From positions 2,265 to 66,264 of the forward strand of contig DASRHM010000114.1 of NCBI GenBank assembly GCA_035650575.1: a stretch of DNA of 64,000 nucleotides, read 5' to 3'. Shown here piece by piece: positions 1 to 10,219 of this stretch. Both the position numbers and the translations under genes were made by a program. Every line of letters starts with the position of its first letter. The stretch's first letter is position 1. The stretch is from Dehalococcoidia bacterium. Lineage in GTDB: Bacteria > Chloroflexota > Dehalococcoidia > DSTF01 > JACRBR01. Below the pieces are notes generated by a model. That model was given only the letters and a program-made list of their open reading frames with translations. It was not told where the DNA came from and did no database searches.

Positions 1-969
1 CGTCGTCGACCGGGAAGAAGCCGACGGTAGCGCCGTACTCCGGCGCCATGTTGGCGATCGTCGCGCGGTCGGGCAGGGGGAGCGTCGAGAGGCCGGGGCC
101 GTAGAACTCGACGAACTTCCCGACGACGCCCTTCTGCCGCAGCATCTGGGTGACCGTGAGCACGAGGTCCGTCGCCGTGGCGCCTTCGCGCAAGCGGCCG
201 GTGAGCTTGAAGCCCACGACCTCGGGGAGGAGCATCGGCATCGGCTGGCCGAGCATCGCCGCCTCTGCCTCGATGCCGCCGACGCCCCAGCCGAGGACGC
301 CGAGGCCGTTGATCATCGTCGTGTGGGAGTCGGTGCCGACGAGCGTATCGGGGTAGGCGAACGCGCGTCCGTCCTCGGCGGTCTCGAAGACGACGGAGCC
401 GAGGTACTCGAGGTTGACCTGGTGCACGATGCCGGTGCCGGGCGGGACGACGCGGAAGTTATCGAACGCCTGCTGGCCCCAGCGCAGGAAGGCGTAGCGC
501 TCGTGGTTCCGCTCGTGCTCGATGCGCGTGTTAATGCGGAAGGCGTCGCTGCTGTTGAAGCGGTCGACCTGCACGGAATGGTCGATGACGAGGTCGGCGG
601 GCTGCAGCGGGTTGATGCGCTTCGGGTCGCCGCCGAGGTCGCGGATGGCGTCGCGCATCGCCGCGAGGTCGACGACGCAGGGGACGCCGGTGAAGTCCTG
701 CATGAGCACGCGCGCCGGGCGGAAGGAGATCTCGCGCTCCTCGGGGCGCTTCGCGTCCCAGGACGCGAGGGCGACGATGTCGTCGCGAGTGACCGTCAGG
801 TCGTCCTCGAACCGGAGCAGGTTCTCGAGCAGGATGCGGAGCGAGAAAGGCAGGCGGCCGACGTGGCCGACGCCGGCGCGCTCGAGGGCGTCGAGCCGGT
901 ACGCCTCGACCTCGCGGCCGGCGGCGGAGATCGTCGAGCGGGCGCCGAAGCTGTTGCGGGAGGCGGGCA
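1..969 (-). CDS. acnA: Aconitate hydratase (aconitase A), N-terminal part; gene starts at ATG 969..967 and runs off the window start
   Basis: Reverse-strand translation from 969 reads [30 protein letters not shown]...[26 protein letters not shown]...[24 protein letters not shown], a canonical aconitase N-terminus. Not in the ORF track because the frame runs off the edge. Confidence 0.85.
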
Positions 970-1271
970 TGCGGGTGCTCCTGTGCGGGGATTCGGCTTC
1001 GATCTCATTATGCGACCGGGGCGGGGCTGGGGCGAATCCGCCGGGAAGGGACGGATCCGCAGATGGCGCGGACGGGCGCCGCGGAGGATGGAGGCTGGAG
1101 GATGAGACGATGGAAACGCAGGCGAACGCGCGCGGGGGAGGCGGGGCATTCTTGCTGGATGTCACTCGCGCTTGGCGGGTGCGCGGTTCACATGCGCGAG
1201 ATGATCCTCGGCGAGTGACCAACGCCGGGGACGGCGCGGATCCATTTCGGCGGCACGGCGCGCTGCGCCGG

Positions 1272-2126
1272 TTAGATCCGGCTGTAGCCGCTGCCGGGCA
1301 TCCCGGGGTCGACGCCGACGCCGCGGCCCTCGCTGATCCAGCCGAACTCCTTGAGGATCTGCTGGCTGTAGGTGACGCGGCCGGAGACGTGGTCGATGGA
1401 CTCCGTCGCGAGGAGGAGCGCCGCCTTCGCCATGTACTCGGGTGGCTCGCCGCGCGGGTCGTCGAGCCCGGTCACGAGGCCGTGGTGCACGGTGCCCGCC
1501 GTCGGCACCACCTGCGACGGCGACACGCACGTCACCGAAACGCCGTACTGGTAGACCTCGGCGGCGAGGCCCTGCGTAAAGCGCTCGAGCGCGGCCTTCT
1601 CGGCCCCGTAGCAGGTGGCGCCGACGCGCCAGCGGCTGTCCGTGTAGGGGCCGCGGCCGGGGCCGATGGCGGCGCTCGACGAGATGTTGACGATGCTGCC
1701 GCTCTTGCGGTCGATCATGTCGCGCAGCGCGAGCTGGCTGAGGATGAACGGCGCGTGGAAGTTCACGGCCCACGACCGCAGCCAGCGGTTGATCGGGTAG
1801 TCCTTCACGGGCATGAAGTACGTGAGCGCGGCGTTGTTCACGAGCACGTCCACCGGGCCGTAGGCGTCGTGCGCCGCCGCGAAGAGCTTCTCGCACTCCT
1901 CGGGCTCGCTGATGTTCACCGCCACGGCGGTCGCTTCGCCGCCGAGCGACTTGATATCGGCGACCGTGCGGTCGAGCGAGCCCTCCATCGGATGCTCGCC
2001 TTCGTGCAGCGTGCGGGCGGCGGCGACGACGCGCGCGCCCTCCGCGCCGAACAGGCGCGCGATCTCCGCGCCGATGCCGCGGCTGGCGCCGGTGATGATG
2101 ACGTGCTTCCCATCGAGCTTGCCCAT
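1272..2126 (-). CDS. SDR-family short-chain dehydrogenase/reductase
   Basis: [23 protein letters not shown] (TGxxxGIG Rossmann motif), NNAA and YxxxK-like active-site region. Real start MGKL at 2126; the longer 423-aa ORF is an N-terminal over-extension. Confidence 0.8.
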   Translation of the reverse strand: MGKLDGKHVIITGASRGIGAEIARLFGAEGARVVAAARTLHEGEHPMEGSLDRTVADIKSLGGEATAVAVNISEPEECEKLFAAAHDAYGPVDVLVNNAALTYFMPVKDYPINRWLRSWAVNFHAPFILSQLALRDMIDRKSGSIVNISSSAAIGPGRGPYTDSRWRVGATCYGAEKAALERFTQGLAAEVYQYGVSVTCVSPSQVVPTAGTVHHGLVTGLDDPRGEPPEYMAKAALLLATESIDHVSGRVTYSQQILKEFGWISEGRGVGVDPGMPGSGYSRI

Positions 2127-2215
2127 GCTGTTCCTCCGCGTGCGGGTGAGCGGCGTCGACCGGCGCCGGCGACAGCCAGCATAGCGCGGCGCGGGCGGAA
2201 GGAGATCGGCGGCTG

Positions 2216-3262
2216 CTAGCCGGGCTTCGACGCCGGGGCCGCCTCTTCGGACAGGCGCTCGCGGAGCAGGGCGAGGACGGCGCCTTCTTCGGGGCTGAGC
2301 TGCGTGAGCGACTCGCGCATCTCGGTCTCGGTGCGCTCGCGCAGGGTCGCGAGCATCGTGCGGTCCAGGTAGGAGTCGATGATCGCGGGATGGACGTAGC
2401 ACTTCCGGCAGACGGCGGGCGTGTTGCCCAGCCGCTCGGCGACGGACTCGATCGCGCGGACGATATTGCGCTTCGCCTGCGTCTCGGAGTCGAACTCCTC
2501 GAACTCCTGCAGCGCCAGCGCGGCGAGCACGGTGCCGGCCCACGTGCGGAAGTCCTTGGCGGTGAAGTCCTCGCCCGTGATCTCGCGCAGGTAGTCGTTG
2601 ACGTCGCTCGAGCCGACCGACTGCTGCTGGCCGGACTCGTCGACGTACTGGAACAGGTCCTGGCCGGGCAGGTCCTGGCAGCGCTTGACGATGCGCGCGA
2701 GCCTGCGGTCGCGCACGCCGATGCGGTGTTCCTTCCCGCTCTTGCCGCGGAAGACGAAGCGGACGGTGTGGCCATTAATCTCGGCGTGCTCGTCGCGCAT
2801 GGTCGTGAGGCCGTAGGAGCCGTTGTTGCGGGCATACTCCTCGTTTCCCACGCGGACGAGCGTCGTCTCGAGCAGGCGGACGACGGCGGCGAGCACCTTC
2901 TCGCGCGGGAGGTCGGGCAACGCCAGGTCGCGCTCGACGCGCGTGCGGATCTGCGGCAGCGCCCGCCCGAACGCGATCATGCGGCCGTACTTGGTCTCGT
3001 CGCGCACCTCGCGCCAGCGCGGGTGGTAGCGGTACTGCTTGCGCCCCTTCGCGTCGCGGCCGGTCGCCTGGATATGCCCGTTCTGCGCCGGGCAGATCCA
3101 CACGTCCTCCCATGCCGGCGGGATCGCGAGCGACCGGATGCGGCGCAGCGTCTCGCGGTCGCGCACGGGCGCGCCGTCGGGCGCGACGTACGAGAAGTTC
3201 TTCCCGGCGCGCCTGCGCCGGATGCCGGGCGCGGCATCGCTGACGTAGCGCAGGCCGGCCAT
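2216..3262 (-). CDS. DNA topoisomerase IB (eukaryotic-type, bacterial TopIB)
   Basis: MAGLRYVSDAAPGIRRRRAGKNFSYVAPDG...PPAWEDVWICP...RFVFRGKSGKEHRI...TAKDFRTWAGT...CRKCYVHPAI is the characteristic poxvirus/bacterial TopIB motif series. Start taken at Met39 of the ORF (3262). Confidence 0.75.
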   Translation of the reverse strand: MAGLRYVSDAAPGIRRRRAGKNFSYVAPDGAPVRDRETLRRIRSLAIPPAWEDVWICPAQNGHIQATGRDAKGRKQYRYHPRWREVRDETKYGRMIAFGRALPQIRTRVERDLALPDLPREKVLAAVVRLLETTLVRVGNEEYARNNGSYGLTTMRDEHAEINGHTVRFVFRGKSGKEHRIGVRDRRLARIVKRCQDLPGQDLFQYVDESGQQQSVGSSDVNDYLREITGEDFTAKDFRTWAGTVLAALALQEFEEFDSETQAKRNIVRAIESVAERLGNTPAVCRKCYVHPAIIDSYLDRTMLATLRERTETEMRESLTQLSPEEGAVLALLRERLSEEAAPASKPG

Positions 3263-3534
3263 CTTCGCGGAGACGGCGGGGTCGACGGCGACCGGGACTT
3301 CGTGCGGATGGCGGCGGGCGAGCGCAAGGGCGCGACCGGCCGTCGCGCGGGCCGGGCGCTCAGCGGTGCTAACCACGGCGCGCGCGGCGGCAGCGGAGCC
3401 GCCGGCCGAGGCAACGGCGCGCGCCGGCGCCGGGGTTGCGGGAGGGTGCGGGGAACATCATGCCGGCACTATCGCCCGTGGCGCATATCCCGTCGCGCTC
3501 GCGCAGGCGCAAGCGCCTTGCAGGATCGTCGCAG

Positions 3535-5301
3535 TCAGTCCATGAGCGCGCGGGTGTGCTTGCGGTACCTGTCGCGGATCGCGTCGCCGGTGCGGTACGC
3601 GAGCGCGACGAGCGTGCCGGTGGGGTTGGCGCCCGCGTTCTGCGGGTAGAGCGCGGCGCCGGTAACGAACACGTTGGGGGCATCCCACACCTGGCCGTAG
3701 CTGTTGGTGACGGAGTTGCCGGGACCGGAGCCCATGATCGCGCCACCGGTGCAGTGCGTGCTCTGGTACTTGTGGATCTCGTAGTCCTCGAGGTCGCTCG
3801 TGGCGTGCACCTGGTCCGCGCCCATCCGCTCCATGATCTGCTTGCACTTGTCCGCCATGAAGGCGTACAGGCGCTTGTCGTTCTGGTGCCAGTCGAAGGT
3901 GATGCGCAGCAGCGGGCTGCCGAAGTTGTCCCTGTAGTTCGGGTCGAGGTCGAGGAACTGGTCCTCGTACGGCAGGCTTTCGCCCTGGATGGTGATGGGG
4001 ACGACCGCGTCCCAGTTCTTGCGCAGCTCCGCCTTCCACGACTTGCCCCACGCCATGTCGTTGTCGAGCGGCAGGTCGGCCGGCGACGTCACGGGGTCCA
4101 CCTCGCCCGTCGCCGAGAAGATCGAGGCGCCGCCGACGAAATCGAGGTCGGCGTGGTCGAAGTTGTCGGCGTTGAAGTCGTGGATGCAGTTGATCGTCGA
4201 GGTGTTGCCGGCGAAGAGGTTGAAGCGGTGCCCTTCGAAGATGCCCTTCACGGGCGTCTCCCAGAGCTGGTAGGTGTAGTTCTTGCCGACCATGCCGCGG
4301 TCATTGCCCAGCCCGTCCGGGTGCTGCTCGCTCTTCGAGACGAGGAGCAGCTTGACGTTGCTGAGCGTGTAGGCGGAGAGCACGACGATGTCCGCGGGCT
4401 GCTCGTGCTCCTCGCCGTTCGCATCGACGTAGGTGACGCCGCTGGCGAGCCCGTCCCGGTCGGTGTTGACCTGCTTCACCTTCACGTAGGTGCGGATCTC
4501 GTAGCGCCCGGTCTTCATCGCCGCCGGCAGGTGGGTCGTGACGGGGCTGCTCTTCGCGTCCACCTCGCAGCCGTAACGGGTGCAATAGCCGCAGTACAGG
4601 CAGCCGGAGCGGTAGTTGCCGAGCGGGTCCTGGTACGCCTGCGAGGTGATCCCCGCGGGCTGCGGGAAGGGGTGGTAGCCGAGATCCCTGCACGCCTTCT
4701 CGAACATGTCCGAGGGCAGCGTCACCGCGAGCGGTGGCAGCGGGTACTCCTGGCTCCGTGGGTCTTCGAACGGGTTGCCGCCGGGGACGATCTCCCCGTT
4801 GAGGTTCCCGGCCTTGCCGGAGGCGCCGATGTCGATGTCAGCGCGGGTGTAGTAGGGCTCGAGGTCGGTGTAGGTCAGCGGCCAGTCCTGGATGCGGTTG
4901 CCATCGGGCAGCTTCGATTCGCCGTAGCGCTCGAGGTGGTGCGAGCGATACCTGAAATCGGTGTCATAGAAGCGCCACCACATGCCCGACCAGTGCACCG
5001 CCGCGCCGCCAATGCCGCGTCCGGGGTGGAACGAGCCGAACTTGCGCATGGGCAGGGCCGTCGCGGCGGGGTTCGGGCGCCACGTCCAGCCCTCGCGCGA
5101 GATGTCCCACATCATTTCCTTGCGCACGGCGTAGCGCAGGGGGTCGTGGTCGTGCGCGAACTCCGGGTTGGCGAAGCGCGAGGGGCCGGCCTCGAGCGAG
5201 ACGACCTTCATGCCGGCCTTCGTGAGGATCATGGCGAGGATGGTCGCGGTCCACCCGGCGCCCACCGTCACGACGTCAACGCGATTCTCGACCTTCGCCA
5301 T
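3535..5301 (-). CDS. GMC-family FAD oxidoreductase (gluconate 2-dehydrogenase flavoprotein-subunit-like)
   Basis: N-terminal FAD motif VDVVTVGAGWTATILAMILTKAG over a 588-aa GMC-like body; immediately downstream of a Tat-signal small-subunit gene. Confidence 0.8.
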   Translation of the reverse strand: MAKVENRVDVVTVGAGWTATILAMILTKAGMKVVSLEAGPSRFANPEFAHDHDPLRYAVRKEMMWDISREGWTWRPNPAATALPMRKFGSFHPGRGIGGAAVHWSGMWWRFYDTDFRYRSHHLERYGESKLPDGNRIQDWPLTYTDLEPYYTRADIDIGASGKAGNLNGEIVPGGNPFEDPRSQEYPLPPLAVTLPSDMFEKACRDLGYHPFPQPAGITSQAYQDPLGNYRSGCLYCGYCTRYGCEVDAKSSPVTTHLPAAMKTGRYEIRTYVKVKQVNTDRDGLASGVTYVDANGEEHEQPADIVVLSAYTLSNVKLLLVSKSEQHPDGLGNDRGMVGKNYTYQLWETPVKGIFEGHRFNLFAGNTSTINCIHDFNADNFDHADLDFVGGASIFSATGEVDPVTSPADLPLDNDMAWGKSWKAELRKNWDAVVPITIQGESLPYEDQFLDLDPNYRDNFGSPLLRITFDWHQNDKRLYAFMADKCKQIMERMGADQVHATSDLEDYEIHKYQSTHCTGGAIMGSGPGNSVTNSYGQVWDAPNVFVTGAALYPQNAGANPTGTLVALAYRTGDAIRDRYRKHTRALMD

Positions 5302-5322
5302 ACGCCTTGCGTCCCTCCCGAA

Positions 5323-6347
5323 TCAGTGCTCGTGCCGTGAGCCGCTCACCGGGAGGATCACGCGCGAGCTGACGTCCTGCCCGGCGTGGAAGGGGGGCAG
5401 GTCCGCCAGCGCCTGCGGCTGGCGGCCCGCGCCGTGGCCTTCCGTGCGCAACTCGTCCGGCGTGTAGGCGCGCTGCGCGCCGGGGTAGCCGATGAGCTTC
5501 CAGCCGGCGAAGCCGCGGTTCCCGCCGTACGCCGGGTCGGCGAACATGCCGGCGCAGACATCGTCGCGCACGAGCTTGAAGAAGTCGGACGCGCTCGGGT
5601 CCTTGAAGAAGTCGTTCGCCGGGCTCTCCGGCGGCTTGCTCTTGCCTGCGCCGGTCTTCTCCTGCGGCTTCTTCTTCGCGCCGGCGCCCTCGGTTCCCGC
5701 GAGGGCGTCGATGATCGCATCCTGCTGGTCCTCCGCAAGGTCGGCGTAGTCCTTGCCGAACTTGCTGTTCGCGTAGGCGTCGAGGGAAGCGAGGCCCACG
5801 CGGTACTGCTCGCGGAACGTCAGCGCCGACTGATAGCCGTAGCGGTCGAACTCGTCCTTCGGGACGTACAGCGTCTGCTCGAACGTGCCGGACGGCGGCG
5901 CGTCGCCCTCGTAGGGCTGCGCGAAGGGCGGCTCGTGGTAGATCGGCTGGTTGAAGCCGGTCGGCGTCTGGGCGAGCGCGCCGTCGATGTACCAGACGAC
6001 GCCGGCCTCGCGCGCGCCGGGGTCGGACGGGTCGCCGGGCATGATGCGGGCGGTGAGCGCGTCGAGCGCCTTCGCTTCCTTTGGCGTGAAGAAGCGCAGG
6101 GTGCCGCCGGGAATCTGCGCCGGCGGCGGCGGCGTCGGGTCGTTGATCGCGCCGGGCGGGGGCTCGGTGATGCCGGGCGGGTCGCCGGGCGTCGCGCCGT
6201 TGGGGTTGGGGTCGCAGCCCGCGACCGCCGCGACGCCGGCGACGGCGACCGCGGCGCCCGAGCCCTTCAGGAACGTGCGGCGGGAGATGCCGCGCGCGGG
6301 CAGCTCGAGTTCCTCGCGCTCCCGTTTCTCGTGACGATCACTGGCCA
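5323..6347 (-). CDS. Gluconate 2-dehydrogenase subunit 3-like small subunit with twin-arginine (Tat) signal
   Basis: GTG start at 6347 preceded by a GGAGGGA RBS; RRTFLKGSGAAVAVAGVAAVAGC Tat motif/lipobox-like; stop lies 22 nt upstream of the GMC start. The 748-aa ORF in the track is an Arg-rich over-extension. Confidence 0.65.
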
Positions 6348-6359
6348 CCGACGTCCCTC

Positions 6360-7313
6360 CTATTCCGCGACCGCGAGCCGGTGCGGCTGCGCATCGCGCG
6401 TTACGCGCCGCTCGTCGTCGCGCAGCCAGAGGGCGATGAGCGCGGCGACGGCGACGAAGTACACGAAGTTCGATTCCATCCACATCGTCAGCCCGGCAAG
6501 CTGCTGGTCCTGGAGCGTCGTTAGATGCCATGGCGATGTGTCCGCGGCCGTATAGACGCCGTACCACGTGCGCTCGGAGAACGTCAGCAGCGCGGCGAGG
6601 ATGCTCATCTGCAGCATGGTGGTGAAGACGAAGACGGCGGCGGCGCCGTAGTCGAAGCGCCGGCGGCCGGCGACCTCGATCGCCATCCACCAGAAGAGCA
6701 GCGCGCCGGCGACGAACGTCGCGTGCTCGACGGCGTGCAGGGCGTCGTGGCGGACGGCCGCGTCGTAGACGCCCGGGACGTGCCAGATCCAGAACGAGAA
6801 CGCGAACAGCGACCAGGCGACGGCGGGATGCGTGAGCGTGCGCCCGAGCGCGGGCACGCCTCGCGCGCGCTGTGCGCGGCGCAGGGCGCGCCGGCCGCCA
6901 CGGGGCAGCGCCCAGGCGAATGCGCGCGGCGGCTGCCCGAAGACCAGAAGCGGCGCGGCGACGAGCGTCAGCAGCATGTGCTGCGTCATGTGCGCGGAAA
7001 CGAGCGCATGGCCCATGGCGTCGAGCGGCGAGATCAGCGCGGCCGCGGAGACGGCGAGGCCGAGCGCGAAGCAGGCGGCGCGCCAGGCGGCGATGCCGCG
7101 GCCAATGCCGGCGCGCGACCAGAGCGCGCGCACGCCGAGCGCGTAGAGCGCCGCCGCGACCAGCAGCGCGACGACGACGGGCGGCTCGAAGCTCCATGCC
7201 GAGGGGGCGGTCGAGGGCGTGACGGCCGTCTCGTGCGCGGAGGCGACGGCGGGCGCGAGCGCGGCTCCGGCGGCGAATGTTACGGCCAGGGTCAGTCGTC
7301 GCATCCTCGTCAC
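6360..7313 (-). CDS. ctaG: Cytochrome c oxidase assembly factor CtaG-like (caa3-type CtaG/CopD superfamily) polytopic membrane protein
   Basis: Multi-TM protein with conserved MTQHMLLTLVAAPLL and HVPGVYDAAVRHD...HAVEHATF segments; last gene of the cta cluster, with stop/start abutment to the upstream small ORF. Confidence 0.55.
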   Translation of the reverse strand: MTRMRRLTLAVTFAAGAALAPAVASAHETAVTPSTAPSAWSFEPPVVVALLVAAALYALGVRALWSRAGIGRGIAAWRAACFALGLAVSAAALISPLDAMGHALVSAHMTQHMLLTLVAAPLLVFGQPPRAFAWALPRGGRRALRRAQRARGVPALGRTLTHPAVAWSLFAFSFWIWHVPGVYDAAVRHDALHAVEHATFVAGALLFWWMAIEVAGRRRFDYGAAAVFVFTTMLQMSILAALLTFSERTWYGVYTAADTSPWHLTTLQDQQLAGLTMWMESNFVYFVAVAALIALWLRDDERRVTRDAQPHRLAVAE

Positions 7314-7712
7314 CTACCCGCAATTCGTCAGCACGAAGACCGGCGCCGCCGTGAAGAGCGTCGCGACGAAGAACATCGCGCTGATGAACACGCCCCAGTG
7401 CGCCATGAAGCCGGGCCGTCCTTCGTCGGGGTACTCGCGCGGCCAGCCCTCGTAGTCGCGGCGGCGCCAGGCCGCGAGCGACGCGAGGCCGGCGGCGGCG
7501 ATGGCTGCGAGCGCGACGAGCGTGATCACCGCGATCTCCGTCCGCACGCCGCGCGTGCCGAGGCCGCACGTCGACGAGACGAGCAGGTAGGAGACCAGCA
7601 GGTGCAGGCTCCAGACCATCGGCGCGGCGAGCAGCCCCGCACCCAGCACGAGGAGGCCGGCGGAGGTGCGAGGCGGTTGCCGCGGCGTCGCGGGGTACAT
7701 GCGCTCCTCCAT
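7314..7712 (-). CDS. Small membrane protein, possible cytochrome oxidase subunit IV (CtaF-like)
   Basis: ATG at 7712 overlaps the ctaE stop (TGATG); two predicted TM helices; position equals ctaF in Bacillus-type ctaCDEF operons. No sequence motif recognised. Confidence 0.4.
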   Translation of the reverse strand: MEERMYPATPRQPPRTSAGLLVLGAGLLAAPMVWSLHLLVSYLLVSSTCGLGTRGVRTEIAVITLVALAAIAAAGLASLAAWRRRDYEGWPREYPDEGRPGFMAHWGVFISAMFFVATLFTAAPVFVLTNCG

Positions 7713-8317
7713 CAGCCCATGTGCGGCGAGATGTAGACGATGAGGAAGATGAAGATCCATACCGCGTCGACGAAGTGCCAGTAGAGCGCGACGTTCGTCA
7801 CGGCGAGATTGCGGCGCTCGGTGAAGTGTCCGGCCCAGGCGCGCACCTGCGTCAGCGCGTTCATCAGGATGCCGACGAAGAGGTGCGCCCCGTGGAAGGC
7901 GGTGATGACGACGAAGAGCGACGCGTACGCATTGGTGTTCGCGCGGAACTCGAGCCGCGTGTACTCATGGATCTGCAGCGCGAGGAAGATGACGCCCATG
8001 GTCAGCGCGATGCCGAAGCCCGCGCGCACCGCCATCTGGTTGCCACGGCGGATGCCCATATCGGCCCAGGCCATTGGGATGCTGCTCGACAGCAGAATGA
8101 CGGTGAGGATGCTCGGGACGAGCAGCTCCGGCGCCTTCAGGCCGCCCTGCGGCCACTCCGTCGCGCCCGACCGCAGATAGAGGTAACTCGAGAACAGCAG
8201 GGCGAAGAAGATGCCCTCGGTGAGGATGACGAGCCACATGCCCCACGTGGCGGGCGCGCGCGAGCCGGAGACGAAGCGGGGATAGGGCGGCGTGCCGGCG
8301 TAGTCGCGGACCGTCAT
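7712..8317 (-). CDS. ctaE: Cytochrome c oxidase subunit III
   Basis: MTVRDYAG start after an AGGAGGAGG RBS; HLFVGILMNALT...ALYWHFVDAVWIFIFLIVY signature of COX3; overlaps the ctaD stop. Confidence 0.8.
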   Translation of the reverse strand: MTVRDYAGTPPYPRFVSGSRAPATWGMWLVILTEGIFFALLFSSYLYLRSGATEWPQGGLKAPELLVPSILTVILLSSSIPMAWADMGIRRGNQMAVRAGFGIALTMGVIFLALQIHEYTRLEFRANTNAYASLFVVITAFHGAHLFVGILMNALTQVRAWAGHFTERRNLAVTNVALYWHFVDAVWIFIFLIVYISPHMG

Positions 8318-10209
8318 GCGAGCGCCTCCTCCTGCTCGTCCTCCGTAGGCCACATCCAGAGCGCCATGGCGGCGAGTCCGACGCCGGCGGCGATGCCGAT
8401 GACGATCATCGAGTCGACGAGGATGCCGAGGAACAGTCCGAGCATGGCCAGCGCGAGCGTCACGGGCAGGAACGAGGCCTTCGGCATCGTCAGCAGCTCC
8501 TCCGTCTTCGCGTCGAGCACCGTCGTGCCGAGCGACTCGCGGCGGCCGCCGTGGGGCTGCGACAGCCCGGGGTCCCAGTCCGGGCGCCGGGCGTCCGGGC
8601 CGTCCCAGAGCGGGTCGCGGCTGCGCACGACCGGGATGTCACGGAAGTTGTAGGGCTGGGGCGGCGACGTCGTCGCCCACTCGAGGCTGCTCGCGTTCCA
8701 GGGGTTCTCGCCGGCCTCTTCGCCGGTGAAGAGGATGCTCTGCACGGCGTTCCAGACGAACACGAGCACGCCGAGCCCGAGGATGAATGCGCCGACCGTC
8801 GAGATCATGTTCAGCGACTCGAGCCCGAGGCCGGACTGGTAGGTGTAGACGCGACGCGGCATGCCGAGCATGCCCATGATGTGCATCGGGAAGAACGTGA
8901 GGTTGAAGCCGATGAAGATGAGCGAGAAGTTGAGGATGCCGAGCTTCTCATCGAGCAGGCGGCCGGTCATCTTCGGCAGCCAGTAGTAGAGGCCCGCGAA
9001 GATCGGGAAGACGACGCCGCCGACGAGCACGTAGTGGAAGTGCGCGACGATGAAGTAGCTGTCGGTGACCTGCCAGTCGAACGGCACGGCCGAGACCATG
9101 ACGCCGGTGAAGCCGCCGATCATGAAGTCGACGATGAACGCCAGGGCGAACAGGAAGGACGTGCGCCAGAGCGGGTTGCCCTTCCAGACCGTCGCGATCC
9201 AGGCGAAGAACTGCACGCCGCTGGGGATGACGATCGCCATGCCGGCGGCGCTGAAGAAGCTCAGCGAAATCAACGGCAGGCCGGTGGCGAACATGTGGTG
9301 CACCCAGACGCCGAAGCTGATGAAGCCGATGCTCACGGAGGCGAGGACGAGCAGCAGGTAGCCGACCACGCGCGTGCGGGCGAAGGTGGGGATCACCGTG
9401 GAGATCACGCCGACCGCCGGGAGGAACATGATGTAGACCTCCGGGTGCCCGAAAACCCAGAACAGGTGCTGCCAGAGCAGCGGGTTTCCGCCGTTGTCCG
9501 GGTCGAAGAAGTGCGTGCCCCACTGGCGGTCCATCTCCAGCATCGACGCGCCGAGCGTGAGCGGCGGCAGCGCGAAGATGATGGCGAACGAGGTCACCAG
9601 GATCGCCCAGCAGAACAGCGGCATGCGGTTGATCGACATGCCCGGGGCGCGCAGCTTGAAGATCGTGGTGATGAAGTTGACGGCGCCGGCGGTCGTCGAG
9701 ACGCCGAGGAAGATCATGCCGAGCGCCCAGAAGTCGAGGTTGTCGCCGGGGGAATATTTCGGCCCGGTCATCGGCACGTAGGCGAACCAGCCGCCGTCGG
9801 GGGCGTTGCCGGTAAGGAAACTGGCGAACAGGAAGATCCCCGAGAAGGCGTAGACCCAGTAGCTGAAGGCGTTGAGGCGGGGGAACGCCATGTCGCGCGT
9901 CCCGAGCATCAACGGCACCAGGTAGTTGCCGAATCCGCCGACGAGCAGCGGCGTCGCGAAGAGGAATATCATCACCGTGCCGTGCATCGTGAAGATCTGG
10001 TTGTAGTGCTCGGGGCTGACGAAGTCGTTCTCCGGCACGGCGAGCTGCGTGCGGATCACCAGCGAGCCGGCGCCCGCGACGAGGAAGAACACGAACGCGG
10101 TGCCGATGTACCGGAGGCCCAGCTCCTTGTGGTCCACCGTCGCGAAAACGCGGGTGAGGATGTTCGGGGCTTCCCAGGTGCGGTCGAGACGACCGGCGGC
10201 GGTGGCCAT
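8314..10209 (-). CDS. ctaD: Cytochrome c oxidase subunit I with C-terminal 2-TM extension (fused subunit IV-like tail)
   Basis: Classic COX1 sequence (HKELGLRYIGTAFVFFLVAG..., WVHHMFATG, HFHYVLVGG). 631 aa, with an extra C-terminal hydrophobic segment VTLALAMLGLFLGILVDSMIVIGIAAGVGLAAMALWMW. Confidence 0.9.
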   Translation of the reverse strand: MATAAGRLDRTWEAPNILTRVFATVDHKELGLRYIGTAFVFFLVAGAGSLVIRTQLAVPENDFVSPEHYNQIFTMHGTVMIFLFATPLLVGGFGNYLVPLMLGTRDMAFPRLNAFSYWVYAFSGIFLFASFLTGNAPDGGWFAYVPMTGPKYSPGDNLDFWALGMIFLGVSTTAGAVNFITTIFKLRAPGMSINRMPLFCWAILVTSFAIIFALPPLTLGASMLEMDRQWGTHFFDPDNGGNPLLWQHLFWVFGHPEVYIMFLPAVGVISTVIPTFARTRVVGYLLLVLASVSIGFISFGVWVHHMFATGLPLISLSFFSAAGMAIVIPSGVQFFAWIATVWKGNPLWRTSFLFALAFIVDFMIGGFTGVMVSAVPFDWQVTDSYFIVAHFHYVLVGGVVFPIFAGLYYWLPKMTGRLLDEKLGILNFSLIFIGFNLTFFPMHIMGMLGMPRRVYTYQSGLGLESLNMISTVGAFILGLGVLVFVWNAVQSILFTGEEAGENPWNASSLEWATTSPPQPYNFRDIPVVRSRDPLWDGPDARRPDWDPGLSQPHGGRRESLGTTVLDAKTEELLTMPKASFLPVTLALAMLGLFLGILVDSMIVIGIAAGVGLAAMALWMWPTEDEQEEALA

Positions 10210-10219
10210 CGCTCCCCCT

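Noticed and set aside
522-2835. Long ORFs (565 aa on plus, 557 aa on minus) overlapping the aconitase, SDR and topoisomerase genes
   Set aside because: Arg/Ala/Gly/Pro-rich low-complexity translations typical of non-coding frames in 70% GC DNA. They lie antisense or out of frame to genes with strong family signatures.
3436-5340. 634-aa plus-strand ORF
   Set aside because: Antisense to the GMC oxidoreductase, which has a clear FAD-binding N-terminus. Composition-driven open frame.
6348-7569. N-terminal 400 aa of the 748-aa minus-strand ORF
   Set aside because: Arg-rich junk overlapping CtaG in another frame; the real gene starts at the GTG at 6347 behind a GGAGGGA RBS, where the Tat signal begins.
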